Source of the DNA: Novosphingobium sp. | GTDB taxonomy: Bacteria; Pseudomonadota; Alphaproteobacteria; Sphingomonadales; Sphingomonadaceae | DNA length: 64,000 nt | Assembly (NCBI GenBank): GCA_031410255.1 | Contig: JANNYT010000162.1 | Location: 8,167 to 72,166 of the forward strand | Direction of reading: 5' to 3' | Part shown: positions 1 to 9,650 of the stretch, in pieces | Layout: every line of letters starts with the position of its first letter | How positions within the stretch are numbered: the first letter of the stretch is position 1 | The notes under the pieces: generated by a model | Told to the model about the DNA's origin: nothing | The model's input: only the letters and a program-made list of their open reading frames with translations | Databases searched by the model: none | Position numbers and translations under genes: made by a program

Positions 1-1171
1 TGACCAGATGGCGGCGCAGATCACTCTCCCGCACCGACAGCTGGCTGCGCCGCGCCGCATCGGGATCGGTCAGCTGCGGCACGCGGATATCGGGGTTGAT
101 CCCGCCTTCCTGCACCGAACGGCCCAGCGGGGTGTAATACCGCGCGGTGGTGATCTTGACCGCGCTGGTGCGCGAACGATCGAGGAAGAACAACGACTGG
201 ACCGAGCCCTTGCCAAAGCTACGCTCACCCATGATCACCGCGCGGTGCTGATCCTGCAGCGCCCCCGCGACAATTTCAGAGGCTGAGGCCGAGCCCGCAT
301 CGATCAGCACGATCAGTGGCAAGCCCTTGGCGGCATCGCCGGGGAACATGCTCTCAGCCTTGAAATACTCGTCCTCGCTGGCATTGCGTCCGCGCTGCGA
401 GACAATATCGCCCTTGGTCAGGAACAGATCGGACAGCCCGACTGCCTCTTCCAGCTCGCCGCCCGGGTTTGAACGCAGATCGAGGATGAAGCCCTGCAGC
501 TTGCCCCCGGCCTGGCGGCGCAGATCTTCGATCCCCTTGTTCACATCGTTGCCGACATCGTGGCTGAATTCATTGACGGTGATCACACCGACCCCGTCCT
601 TCAGCTCCCAGGTCACAGCTTCCAGCTTGATCACGCCGCGCGTCACGGTGACATCGAACGGCGCATCGCGGCCCGGGCGGAAGATCGTCAGGCGGATCTT
701 GCTGCCCGATTCGCCGCGCATTTGCGAGACCGCATCGTCCAGATCGCCGCCGTAGATCAGCTTCCCATCAAGGTGCGTGATATAGTCCCCGGCCTTGAGC
801 CCCGCCGCTTCAGCCGGGCTGCCGCGCATCGGCGAGACGACCTTGACCGCGCCATCGTCCATCACCACCGACAGCCCCAGCCCCGAATAGTTGCCGTCGA
901 TCATGGTGTTGAGCCGCTGCATCGTCGCGCCGGTCAGGTACGAAGAATGCGGATCGAGCGACGACAGCATCCCGTCAATCGCGCCTTCCTCCAGCTTGGC
1001 GTCGTCAGTCTTTTCGACATAGCGCTGCTTGACCAGTTCATAGACCGTGGCGAGCCGTTCAAACTGCGCCGACGCGCGGGCATCGACCGCGGCGAGCCCG
1101 GCAGTGGTCGCCGGGATCAGCGCGACAGCGCCCAGCAGCAGGGTAGAACGGATCAGGGAAACAGAGTTCAT
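1..1171 (-). CDS. ctpA: S41 family C-terminal processing peptidase (3' end runs off the window)
   Basis: Not in the ORF track because there is no stop in the window. Manual translation from ATG at 1171 gives a signal peptide (MNSVSLIRSTLLLGAVALIPATT), a PDZ region, and the S41 motifs DAGSASASEIVAGALQD and GKGSVQ. It lies downstream of envC in the usual order. Confidence 0.93.
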   Translation of the reverse strand, partial: MNSVSLIRSTLLLGAVALIPATTAGLAAVDARASAQFERLATVYELVKQRYVEKTDDAKLEEGAIDGMLSSLDPHSSYLTGATMQRLNTMIDGNYSGLGLSVVMDDGAVKVVSPMRGSPAEAAGLKAGDYITHLDGKLIYGGDLDDAVSQMRGESGSKIRLTIFRPGRDAPFDVTVTRGVIKLEAVTWELKDGVGVITVNEFSHDVGNDVNKGIEDLRRQAGGKLQGFILDLRSNPGGELEEAVGLSDLFLTKGDIVSQRGRNASEDEYFKAESMFPGDAAKGLPLIVLIDAGSASASEIVAGALQDQHRAVIMGERSFGKGSVQSLFFLDRSRTSAVKITTARYYTPLGRSVQEGGINPDIRVPQLTDPDAARRSQLSVRESDLRRHLV

Positions 1172-1246
1172 CGGGCAGGAGCCTCTCAAGGTTTGCGCAG
1201 CCTTTTATCGCGCGCCGCAGATTAACGCCAGATGGTGGTTGCAGCG

Positions 1247-2464
1247 CTAATTGGCAACGTATTCGAGCGGATTGACCGGTTCGCTGCCGTGCCGCAGCTC
1301 GAGCAGCAGCACTGGCAGCCCGGGGCCAAGGCTGCCCAGCGGCGCGCCGATCACCAACTGCTGGCCGATCTGGCAATCAAGCTCGGTCAGCCCGGCGACC
1401 AGCGAAGTCCAACCGCCGCCGTGTTCGACGATCACGATCAGGCCGTAACCCTTGTAAGGCCCGGCAAAGGCCACGCGCCCAGCCGCCGGGGCAATAACCT
1501 GCGCGCCCGGTCCGCCGGCAATCGACAGCCCGCGCGATTGCGGCCGCCCAGCGCTGCCACCCCCGAACCCGGCGACCAGTCGCCCGGCAATTGGCAGGAA
1601 ATAATGCGCCGGAGCGCCGGTTGGTGCGGTTTGCGCAGCGGCATCGGGCGCGGTCTGCGCGGCTTGCGGCTGGGCTGGGCGCAACACCGGGCCGGGCAAG
1701 GCCGCGAGTTGCTCGCGCGCTGCTCCGGCTTTGCCCAGTTCGGTCACCAGCCCGGTCAAGTCGCGGGCTTGTTCGCTCAGCGCCAGCGCGCGCTCGCTTT
1801 CACGGTCAGCAGCGCCACTGGCATCGCGCGAAGCGAGCCGCTGGCGGGCTTCGAGCGCGGCGAGTTCACCCCGGCGGCGTTGCAGTTCGGCTTCGTTGGC
1901 GCGCAGGGCGGTATTGGCTTGCTCGGCGCGGACCTGCAGCGCCTTGCTGCGGCCAATCGCATCGCGCAGGCCCGCAGTGCGGCGCGCCACCTCGGGTAGC
2001 AAGGTTTCCAGCACCGCACGCAGATAGACCCCTTCGCGCAATGATCCGGGGCGCAGCAACGACAGCAGCGGCGGGCGGCGTGACAGGCGCTGCAGCGCGG
2101 CGGTTAGTTCGATCAAGGGCTGCTGTTTCTGCGCTAGTTCAGCGCGCAGCTGCGCCTGCTGCTGGCCAATCAGGCGGATTTGCGCCTGATTGGCGGCAAT
2201 CTGGGCCTCAGCCTCTTGCACCCGCGCGGCCAGCGCGGCGACTTCCTGCGCGGTGCGATCAGCTGCGGCGGTAGCGGTGGCGGCGCTGGCCTCCAACCCC
2301 TCGGCCCGTTGGCGCGCCTCGGCCCCCTGGCTCCGCGCCCGGTCGAGCGCGGCTTGCGCATCTTCGGTGGTGTCGATCGTGCCAGGCGCAACTTGCGCAG
2401 TGCTCGCGCCCACGGCAACCAGCACGGCGCCAGCAGCAATCAGTGAGAGAACCCGGCGGATCAT
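1247..2464 (-). CDS. envC: Murein hydrolase activator EnvC family (signal peptide, coiled coil, degenerate M23 domain)
   Basis: Long coiled coil followed by an M23 fold (GPYKGYGLIVIVEHGGG, VNPLEY). The HxxxD and HxH zinc ligands are missing, as in EnvC. Start set at MIRRVLSL. Confidence 0.85.
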   Translation of the reverse strand: MIRRVLSLIAAGAVLVAVGASTAQVAPGTIDTTEDAQAALDRARSQGAEARQRAEGLEASAATATAAADRTAQEVAALAARVQEAEAQIAANQAQIRLIGQQQAQLRAELAQKQQPLIELTAALQRLSRRPPLLSLLRPGSLREGVYLRAVLETLLPEVARRTAGLRDAIGRSKALQVRAEQANTALRANEAELQRRRGELAALEARQRLASRDASGAADRESERALALSEQARDLTGLVTELGKAGAAREQLAALPGPVLRPAQPQAAQTAPDAAAQTAPTGAPAHYFLPIAGRLVAGFGGGSAGRPQSRGLSIAGGPGAQVIAPAAGRVAFAGPYKGYGLIVIVEHGGGWTSLVAGLTELDCQIGQQLVIGAPLGSLGPGLPVLLLELRHGSEPVNPLEYVAN

Positions 2465-2471
2465 ACCGCCC

Positions 2472-2894
2472 TTATCCCGAACGGTGGTAGGGATGGCCAG
2501 CAAGAATGCTGGTCGCGCGGTATAATTGTTCGGCCAGCAGCGCCCGGGCCAGCAGGTGCGGCCAGGTCATCGCGCCAAACCCAAGCAGCAAATCGGCCGA
2601 GGCACGCGCCGCCGCGCTGTGGCCATCAGCCGCGCCGATCACAAACCGCGCCTCGCGCACGCCCTCATCACGCCACTTGCCGAGCAGCGCGGCGAATTGC
2701 ACAGAAGTCAGCTGCTGGCCATGCTCATCGAGCAGCACTTCGCGCGCCGGGGTCAGGGCTTCGGGAATGGTGCCGCCGGTTTCGGGCAGTTCAGTCAGCT
2801 TGATCGGCCAGCTGATCCGCTTGGCATAACGCGCGACCAGCTCAGCTTCGGGCGAGCGCCCAATCTTGCCGCGCGCGATTATGTGGAGCCACAT
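2472..2894 (-). CDS. rlmH: 23S rRNA pseudouridine-1915 N3-methyltransferase
   Basis: SPOUT motifs FVIGAADG and TWPHLLARALLAEQLYRATSILAGHPYHR; downstream of rsfS. Confidence 0.95.
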   Translation of the reverse strand: MWLHIIARGKIGRSPEAELVARYAKRISWPIKLTELPETGGTIPEALTPAREVLLDEHGQQLTSVQFAALLGKWRDEGVREARFVIGAADGHSAAARASADLLLGFGAMTWPHLLARALLAEQLYRATSILAGHPYHRSG

Positions 2895-2902
2895 GGCGCA
2901 GT

Positions 2903-3316
2903 TCAGGCGGTGCCGGAATCGCCAAAGGCCCACATCCGTTCAAGGTTGTAGAAGCTGCGCACTTCGGGGCGGAACAGGTGGACCACTACGTCGCCGGCGT
3001 CGATCAGCACCCAGTCGGCGGCCGGCAAGCCTTCGATCCGCGCGTGGCCAAAGCCGCCGTGCTTGACCCGTTCGGCCAGCTTTTGCGCCATCGCCGCCAC
3101 CTGGCGAGTCGAGCGGCCCGAAGCGATCACCATGTGATCGGCAATCGAGCTTTTGCCTTCGAGCGGGATCGTGACCAGTTCCTGCGCCTGATCATCGTCA
3201 AGCGACTGGAGCACGAGCGCGTGGAGCGAGCCCGGCTCGGCCTGAGCGATCAGGGCGGGAATATCGGTAGCGGGCACCGGGCTCGATTGAACCTGATCGT
3301 TGGAATTGGGCGACAT
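2903..3316 (-). CDS. rsfS: Ribosome silencing factor (Iojap)
   Basis: MVIASGRSTRQV and DWVLIDAGDVVVHLFRPEVRSFYNLERMW signature. Confidence 0.96.
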   Translation of the reverse strand: MSPNSNDQVQSSPVPATDIPALIAQAEPGSLHALVLQSLDDDQAQELVTIPLEGKSSIADHMVIASGRSTRQVAAMAQKLAERVKHGGFGHARIEGLPAADWVLIDAGDVVVHLFRPEVRSFYNLERMWAFGDSGTA

Positions 3317-3357
3317 TTAAGCGGAAACGGCTCCTCTAAGCGGGCTTCGCAAGGTGT

Positions 3358-3999
3358 TCATGCGATGTCAGGATCGACGGGATGGTGCGTCAAACGATCA
3401 CGCTGAGTGGGGCCCGCAAAGCGGCGTGCCCAGTTCGGGTCAGACTGCCGCATGGCGGTGGCCGACCGTGGATCAGGATCGAATCGCAGATAAATCAGCG
3501 CGGGTGCGCTCCATCTTGCCCGGGGGTTCAAACTGGCGGGCGACCGCCGGAAACGGCCAAGCCAGGCTCCTGCGGGGCTCGCACGGGCAGCACCTTCATA
3601 GCCCGGACGCGCGATAACCGCAATCGGCATGGTGCGGGCGATCTCGCGCCAGCGCCGCCAGTGGTGAAACTGCGCCAGATTGTCGCTGCCCATCAGCCAC
3701 ACGAACTGCACTTTGGGATAGCGCCGGCGCAGTGCCAGCAAGGTGTCAGCGGTATAACGCGTGCCCAGTTCGCGCTCGATCGCGGTGGGCACAATCGCGC
3801 TGCGCCGCGCCTGCTGCGCCGCCGAAGCCAGCCGCGCGGCCAGCGGCGCCATCCCGGCCTTGGGCTTGAGCGGATTGCCCGGCGAAACCAGCCACCACAC
3901 CGCATCGAGCCCCAGCGCCTCACGCGCAAACAGGCTGATCCGGCGGTGGCCGCCGTGCGCGGGGTTGAAGCTGCCGCCGAGCAGGCCGACTCGGGTCAA
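3358..3999 (-). CDS. nadD: Nicotinate-nucleotide adenylyltransferase
   Basis: GLLGGSFNPAHGGH (HxGH), SPGNPLK, WLMGSDNL. Start reset to TTG at 3999 because the longer ORF overlaps proA. Confidence 0.94.
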   Translation of the reverse strand: MTRVGLLGGSFNPAHGGHRRISLFAREALGLDAVWWLVSPGNPLKPKAGMAPLAARLASAAQQARRSAIVPTAIERELGTRYTADTLLALRRRYPKVQFVWLMGSDNLAQFHHWRRWREIARTMPIAVIARPGYEGAARASPAGAWLGRFRRSPASLNPRARWSAPALIYLRFDPDPRSATAMRQSDPNWARRFAGPTQRDRLTHHPVDPDIA

Positions 4000-4010
4000 G
4001 CCAAGATGGG

Positions 4011-5285
4011 TCAGGGCCGGACCTGTCCGGTGCCGCGCACCAGCCATTTGTAGGTCGTCAGTCCTTCCAGCGCGACCGGTCCGCGTGCGTGCAAGCGGCC
4101 AGTGGCGATGCCGATCTCGGCACCGAGCCCAAATTCGCCGCCATCGGCAAATTGCGAGCTGGCATTGGCCATCACGATCGCGCTGTCGACTTGCATCAGG
4201 AACTGCTCGCAAACCGCGCTGTCCTCGCTGACGATCACATCGGTATGGTGCGAGGAGTGGCGGGCGATGTGGTCCAGCGCCGAATCAAGCCCATCGACCA
4301 CCGCGACTGATAGAATCGCGTCGAGATATTCGGTATCCCAGTCATTCGCGCTGGCCGCAATGACGCGCGGATCGAGCGCCTGCGCGCGGGCATCACCACG
4401 CAATTCGCAGCCCTGGTCGAGCAAGGCCGCGACCACCGCAGGCGAGCCGGGAAACTGCGCATCGAGCAGCAATGTCTCCATCGAACCGCAGACGCCCGTT
4501 CGGCGCAACTTGGCATTGAGCGCAATCGCCAGTGCCTTGGCCGGATCGGCGGCGGCATGGATGTAAGTGTGGCAAATCCCGTCAAGATGCGCGAGCACCG
4601 GCACCCGCGCATCGGCCTGCACCCGCGCCACTAGGCTTTTACCGCCGCGCGGAATGATCAGATCGATCAGCCCGGCCGCCTGCAGCATCGCGCCGACGGC
4701 AGCACGGTCCTGCGTCGGCAGCAATTGCACGGCATCGGCGGGAACGCCGTGCGCGGTCAGCCCGGCGACCAGCGCTGCATGGATCGCGCGGTTCGATTGC
4801 ACCGCCTCGCTGCCGCCGCGCAGCAGCACCGCATTGCCCGAAGCGATACACAGCGCGGCCGCATCGGCGGTAACATTCGGGCGGCTTTCGTAAATGATCC
4901 CGATCAGCCCGATCGGGATCCGCACCCGGCTGAGCGCGAGGCCATTGGGCCGCTGGGCCGAATCGATTACCTGGCCGAGTGGACTGGGCAGATCGGCGAC
5001 CTGATCGATCGCATCGGCGATGTCCGCGAGCCGCTCTGGATCAAGCTTCAACCGGTCAAGCATTGCGGCACTGAGGCCCCGCGCCGCCCCTGCTGCCATA
5101 TCGGCCGCATTGGCCGCCAGCACGGCTGCTTCGGCCTGCCGCAATGACGCCGCGGCGGCATGCAAGGCGGCGCTGCGTGCGGCGCTGTCCAACTGCGCCA
5201 GCACCCGCTGCGCGGCGCGCCCGGCGCGCGCCAGCCGCGCCACCAGCGCTTCGATCGGTTCGGCTTGGGCCAGCTGAGCAGTCAT
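4011..5285 (-). CDS. proA: Gamma-glutamyl phosphate reductase
   Basis: IGIIYESRPNVT, LLRGGSEA, NAKLRRTGVCGSMETLL, FADGGEFGLGAEIGIATGRLHARGPVALEGLTTYK. Confidence 0.97.
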   Translation of the reverse strand: MTAQLAQAEPIEALVARLARAGRAAQRVLAQLDSAARSAALHAAAASLRQAEAAVLAANAADMAAGAARGLSAAMLDRLKLDPERLADIADAIDQVADLPSPLGQVIDSAQRPNGLALSRVRIPIGLIGIIYESRPNVTADAAALCIASGNAVLLRGGSEAVQSNRAIHAALVAGLTAHGVPADAVQLLPTQDRAAVGAMLQAAGLIDLIIPRGGKSLVARVQADARVPVLAHLDGICHTYIHAAADPAKALAIALNAKLRRTGVCGSMETLLLDAQFPGSPAVVAALLDQGCELRGDARAQALDPRVIAASANDWDTEYLDAILSVAVVDGLDSALDHIARHSSHHTDVIVSEDSAVCEQFLMQVDSAIVMANASSQFADGGEFGLGAEIGIATGRLHARGPVALEGLTTYKWLVRGTGQVRP

Positions 5286-5362
5286 CACCCGGCGCCTAAC
5301 ATTGTTGCCCCGGCTTGTCACCGCCGCTACCGCCCGGCGTTAATGTGTGAAGGTTCCCAACG

Positions 5363-5421
5363 GATTCTTCGCTTCGTCCCGTGCTTGTTTCGATTCAGCG
5401 AGTCCGGGGCTCCGCAGATTC
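5363..5421. promoter_or_regulatory. Cluster of four GANTC (CcrM methylation) sites in the divergent proA / M23-bactofilin intergenic region
   Basis: GATTC 5363, GATTC 5392, GAGTC 5400 and GATTC 5417 within 59 bp. Confidence 0.5.
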
Positions 5422-5484
5422 GCCTAGCCGCGGGCAAGCTGCTAGCGGGCCGCCATATAGGGTTAGCAAGGGACTGGGGTCGTC

Positions 5485-6654
5485 TTGAAAAACATCGCTG
5501 TAGGCAGGCTGTCCGCCCGCCTGCGGAGCTGGTTCCCGGATCGCGAATTTTTCATGCGGTCCGAAGGTCAGGTCCGTTTTATCAAAGTCTCGTCGCGCAT
5601 GCAGGTCATTGCGGCCAGCGTAACCGTGTCGCTGTTGCTGGTCTGGGCGCTGACCATGGCCGGTATGGCGCTGTCCAGCTTCGTTGCAAACCGCGACCGG
5701 GTATCGCTGCTGCAGCGCGAGGCCAAAGTCGCCAGCTCGGAAAGCCGACTCAACGCCTATGGCAATGATATCGGCAAGGTCGCTGACGATTTGAAACGCC
5801 GCCAGGACTTTATCGAAAAGGCTTCTGCCGCGCATTTGGGCGAACTGCCGCAGGATGCCAAGCCGGGTGAGACCGTCTCGGACAGCACCTCGGAAGCCGC
5901 CCAAACCGTCAAGAAAGTCAGCCTGGCCTTGCCGCAGGCGGCGGCGCTGGCTCAAATCGAAGCGCGCCAATTGAACTTCATCGAAGCGCTGACCCGGCTG
6001 GCCGATCGCCGCGCTGCGATAGCTGAAGCCAAGCTGGCCAGCCTCGGCGTCAACCCCAACATGGCGCTGTCGGCGATGGAAGACAAAGGCGCGCAGGGCG
6101 GCCCGCTGCTGGTGCTGGCGACGTCCGCCGATGGCTCGGTCGACCCGCGCTTTCAACGCTTTGCGGTCAGCCTCGCACGGATGGATGCGCTGGAACGCGG
6201 CGTAGCCGGTTTGCCGCAAGTGCTGCCCGCCAGCCTTGAATATATCTCGTCCGGCTTTGGCTTCCGCGCCGATCCGTTCACCGGCGCGGGCGCATTCCAC
6301 CCCGGGCTCGATTTTCGCGGGCCACTGGGCGCGCCGATTTATGCCGCCGCGCGCGGGATCGTCAGCTTCGTCGGCCAGCGTTCGGGTTATGGCAATTGTG
6401 TCGAGATCGATCATGGCAACGGCCTGATCACCCGCTATGCCCATATGTCGGGCTTTCGCACCGTGATCGGCAAGCCCGTGCAACCGGGTGAAGTGATCGG
6501 CTTGATTGGTTCGACCGGTCGTTCAACCGGGCCGCATCTGCACTTTGAAGTGCGGATCAACGATCGCCCCGTCAATCCCCGCCCCTTTCTGGAGGCCGTC
6601 CCCCATGTTTTCGAAAAAGTCGGGCAGTCCGCTGCCGCGCAGCCCACAAGGTAA
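5485..6654 (+). CDS. Membrane-anchored M23 endopeptidase (TM helix, coiled coil, active M23 domain; LmdC-like)
   Basis: N-terminal FFMRSEGQVRFI segment then a TM helix. Catalytic motifs FHPGLDF and STGPHLHFEV are intact. Directly upstream of a bactofilin. TTG start is uncertain. Confidence 0.9.
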   Translation: MKNIAVGRLSARLRSWFPDREFFMRSEGQVRFIKVSSRMQVIAASVTVSLLLVWALTMAGMALSSFVANRDRVSLLQREAKVASSESRLNAYGNDIGKVADDLKRRQDFIEKASAAHLGELPQDAKPGETVSDSTSEAAQTVKKVSLALPQAAALAQIEARQLNFIEALTRLADRRAAIAEAKLASLGVNPNMALSAMEDKGAQGGPLLVLATSADGSVDPRFQRFAVSLARMDALERGVAGLPQVLPASLEYISSGFGFRADPFTGAGAFHPGLDFRGPLGAPIYAAARGIVSFVGQRSGYGNCVEIDHGNGLITRYAHMSGFRTVIGKPVQPGEVIGLIGSTGRSTGPHLHFEVRINDRPVNPRPFLEAVPHVFEKVGQSAAAQPTR

Positions 6655-6658
6655 ATCG

Positions 6659-7018
6659 ATGGCAAATTCAACTTTCTCCGTGTTCGGCCCCGATATCCGG
6701 ATCAAGGGCAATGTCGCCGCGTCAGCTGACTTGCACATCGACGGCCATGTTGAAGGCGACGTCAGCTGCACCTCGCTGGTCCAGGGCGAAAGCGGCGAGA
6801 TTGTCGGCGGGGTCACCGCTGAAACCGCGAGGCTATCAGGCACCGTGCGCGGCACGATTACCGTGCGCGAACTGGTCGTGCTGAAGAGCGCGCGGATCCA
6901 TGGCGACGTGCACTATGACGCGCTGACGATCGAGCAAGGCGCGCAAGTTGACGGACGCTTCGCCCCGCGCGCTGCGGTTGAAGATCACACTTCGGTCGTA
7001 ACGCTCGCCGCGAGCTAA
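6659..7018 (+). CDS. Bactofilin (polymer-forming cytoskeletal protein)
   Basis: Beta-helix repeats FGPDIRIKGNV..LHIDGHVEGDV..GEIVGGV..LSGTVRGTI..ARIHGDVHY..LTIEQGAQVDG. ATG at 6659, 4 nt after the M23 stop. Confidence 0.93.
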   Translation: MANSTFSVFGPDIRIKGNVAASADLHIDGHVEGDVSCTSLVQGESGEIVGGVTAETARLSGTVRGTITVRELVVLKSARIHGDVHYDALTIEQGAQVDGRFAPRAAVEDHTSVVTLAAS

Positions 7019-8715
7019 AGCCCCAGCTCTTCGCGCCCAAGCTCTTCGCGCAGCGCCTTGCGGTCGAGCTTGCCGATCATCGTCTTGGGCAGCGCATCGC
7101 GCACCACCACCTGATCGACCCGTTCGTGCTTGCCGACCTTGGTGTTCAGCCAATCGCGCAGCGCTTCACCAGTGGCCTGCGCATCATCCATCAAGGTGAC
7201 AAAGGCGCGCGGGCTTTCGCCGCGGTAAGGGTCAGGCACGCCGATCACCAGCACCTCCTTGACCGCCGGATGTTCCAGCAACACCGCTTCGACCTGGCTG
7301 GGGAACACCTTGAAGCCGCCCACCGCGATCATGTCCTTGATCCGGTCAACGATCCGCGCGTAGCCAGCTTCATCAATTGTCGCGACATCGCCGGTGCGCA
7401 GCCATAGTCCGTCGGGCCGAGTCGTGAAGGCGGTCGCCGCCGCCTCGGGCCGCTGCCAGTAGCCTTGCATCACTTGCGGGCCTTGCACCGCCAATTCGCC
7501 CGGTTCGCCCGGCTTAGCATCCAGTTCCGAGTTTTCGCGGTCAAGCAGGCGCAGCCGCGTCGCAGGCAGCGGCTGGCCGATCGTGCCAACTCGCTCTTCG
7601 CCAACATAGGGATTGGTCGAGGCCACCCCCGAAGTCTCGGTCAGCCCGTAACCTTCGACCAACCGCGCGCCAGTCTGCTTCTCCCACCGCGCTTTCAAGG
7701 GCAGCGGCAACGGCGCACCCCCCGATATACAGATCCGCAGCGAGCTGAAATCGGTCTTACTCACCGCTGGATGATCGAGCAGCGCTTGAAACATCGTCGG
7801 CACCCCCGGCATCGCGGTAGCCTTGACCCGCGCCAGCGTTTTGAGCGCCTGTCCGGCTTCAAAGCGCGGGAGCATCGCGATGCAGCCGCCATTGGCTACG
7901 GTGCGGTTAAGCACGCAGGTGTTGGCGAAGACATGGAACAGCGGCAGCACCCCCAGGATCATGTCGCGGTCGCCGCGCTGGGGATCGATCGCCGCGACCT
8001 GCCGGGCATTGGCGGTCAGGTTCTGGTGAGTCAGCATCGCGCCCTTGGGGGTGCCGGTGGTCCCGCCGGTATATTGCAGCAGCGCGAGATCCTTGATCGG
8101 ATCGATTTCCACCGGAGCCGGTTCATCACCGGACAGACATTGCTGCCACGAGAACACGGCGCGGTGGGCGGGCATAGGCACCACCGCCTTGCGGCCCAGC
8201 ACGGCCAACGCCAGCCGCTTGGGCCACGGCAGCATCCGGCCCAGTTCGCACACGATCAGGCGCTCCAGCGCAGTTGCGTCGAGCACCTTGAGCGCGTTGG
8301 GCACCAGCGCAGCGGAATTGAGCGTGACCAGCACCCGCGCGCCCGAATCGCGGACCTGCGCGGCCAGTTCGTCGACAGTGTAAAGCGGGCTGAAATTGAC
8401 CAGGGTCATCCCGGCCAGTGCCGCCCCGTAATAGGCCGAAACATAGATCGGCACATTGGGCAGAAACAGCCCCACGCGGTCGCCGCGCGCTAGGCCGGAC
8501 ACTTGCAGATAAGATGCAAAGGCGCGCGCTTCGCGGTGCAGCTGGGCATAGCTGAAGTGCCGCCCCAGAAAGTCTACCAAGGGCCGGTCAGGATACCTGG
8601 CAGCGGCGGCGGCGAACATATCGGGCAGGCTGAGCGGCGGCAGGTCGAGCGCCCAATTGCAGGCGTGCGCATAGTCCGCGCGCCACGGCTCGGCACTGGA
8701 AGTCTTGTCTTTCAT
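7015..8715 (-). CDS. Long-chain fatty acid--CoA ligase (FadD-like)
   Basis: AMP-binding motif LLQYTGGTTGTPKGAMLTH, plus EGYGLTET, LRTGD and LPKTMIGK. Confidence 0.93.
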   Translation of the reverse strand: MKDKTSSAEPWRADYAHACNWALDLPPLSLPDMFAAAAARYPDRPLVDFLGRHFSYAQLHREARAFASYLQVSGLARGDRVGLFLPNVPIYVSAYYGAALAGMTLVNFSPLYTVDELAAQVRDSGARVLVTLNSAALVPNALKVLDATALERLIVCELGRMLPWPKRLALAVLGRKAVVPMPAHRAVFSWQQCLSGDEPAPVEIDPIKDLALLQYTGGTTGTPKGAMLTHQNLTANARQVAAIDPQRGDRDMILGVLPLFHVFANTCVLNRTVANGGCIAMLPRFEAGQALKTLARVKATAMPGVPTMFQALLDHPAVSKTDFSSLRICISGGAPLPLPLKARWEKQTGARLVEGYGLTETSGVASTNPYVGEERVGTIGQPLPATRLRLLDRENSELDAKPGEPGELAVQGPQVMQGYWQRPEAAATAFTTRPDGLWLRTGDVATIDEAGYARIVDRIKDMIAVGGFKVFPSQVEAVLLEHPAVKEVLVIGVPDPYRGESPRAFVTLMDDAQATGEALRDWLNTKVGKHERVDQVVVRDALPKTMIGKLDRKALREELGREELGL

Positions 8716-8766
8716 GCCAAAGCGTTACCCCGCCGCTGGCGGCGAGGGCAACACAAATGCGGCGGC

Positions 8767-9468
8767 TTATTCCTCGCCAGCGAGTTCGGCGGCGCGCTTG
8801 GCTTCGAGCCAAGCGGCGGCTTCGGCTTCCTGCGCAGCTTCGCCAGCGGCTTTGACCGAGGCATCGCGCTCGGCCCGCAGTTCTTCGATCAGCGCCACGC
8901 GGTCATCGCCCAGCCGGGCATCGTCGCCGGCCTGATCGATCAACCCGGCCTTCTTGGCCGCCTTGGCGACAATCGCGTCAAGCTCGCGCTGCGAGCACAG
9001 CCCCAGCGTCACCGGGTCCTTGGCCTGGATGTTGGCGATGTTCCAGTGCGAGCGGCTGCGGATCGCCTCGATCGTGTTGCGAGTGGTGCCGATCAGCTTG
9101 CCGATCTGGGCATCCGAGATTTCAGGGTGGTTCTTGATGATCCAGGCAATCCCATCGGGCTTGTCCTGGCGCTTGGACACCGGGGTGTAGCGCGGGCCCT
9201 TGGTGCGGTTGACGTTAACCGGGGCCTTTTGCATAACCAGCGAATAAGCGGGGTCGGCCTGCCCCTTTTCAATCTCGGCCATGTTCAACTCGCCCGCGCG
9301 CACCGGATCGCGTCCGGTGTACTTCGAGCTGGCCAGATCATCCGCCATCGCCTGCACTTCAAGGATGTGCAGTCCGCAGAATTCGGCGATTTGTTCAAAG
9401 CCCAGCGCGGTATTATCAACCAGCCAGGAAGCGGTCGCATGCGGCATGAGTGGGGTAGGCTGGGTCAC
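8767..9468 (-). CDS. trcR: DUF1013 cell-cycle transcriptional regulator (TrcR)
   Basis: Recognisable DUF1013 sequence PLMPHATASWLVDNTALGFEQIAEFCGLH..GPRYTPVSKRQDKPDGIAW..RSHWN..KDPVTLGLCSQRELD. GTG start at 9468 is inferred. Confidence 0.88.
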   Translation of the reverse strand: MTQPTPLMPHATASWLVDNTALGFEQIAEFCGLHILEVQAMADDLASSKYTGRDPVRAGELNMAEIEKGQADPAYSLVMQKAPVNVNRTKGPRYTPVSKRQDKPDGIAWIIKNHPEISDAQIGKLIGTTRNTIEAIRSRSHWNIANIQAKDPVTLGLCSQRELDAIVAKAAKKAGLIDQAGDDARLGDDRVALIEELRAERDASVKAAGEAAQEAEAAAWLEAKRAAELAGEE

Positions 9469-9650
9469 GGCCAAAAACTCCGACTGGGAGAACAGCGTCT
9501 CCGGCAAAAATAGATAGGGCCGCCCCTTGCGGAGCGGCCGTGCGCTGGCGCGTCTACGCCCATTCGCCGCGCTGGGCAAGGCCGCAAACCCAATCTTAGG
9601 ACAAGGCTGGTAGAGGCCAGGTTCGGTTTCGCTTGTCAGTCGAGGGATCT

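Noticed and set aside
1247-1700. EnvC-like M23 domain as a decayed pseudogene
   Set aside because: Loss of zinc ligands is the normal state of EnvC-type amidase activators, and the ORF is intact and in its conserved context.
3358-4212. Extended N-termini in the ORF track (nadD, trcR, sorbosone dehydrogenase, mnmE, dienelactone hydrolase, ptsN and others)
   Set aside because: The extensions overlap neighbouring genes or promoters and are low-information Arg/Pro-rich text; starts were reset to where family motifs begin.
5395-6483. Long antisense ORFs, e.g. 5395-6483, 7465-8493, 12787-13884, 35219-36268, 37383-38384, 60739-61821
   Set aside because: They shadow well-supported genes on the other strand. 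High-GC codon bias suppresses stops in these frames, and the translations have no recognisable motifs.
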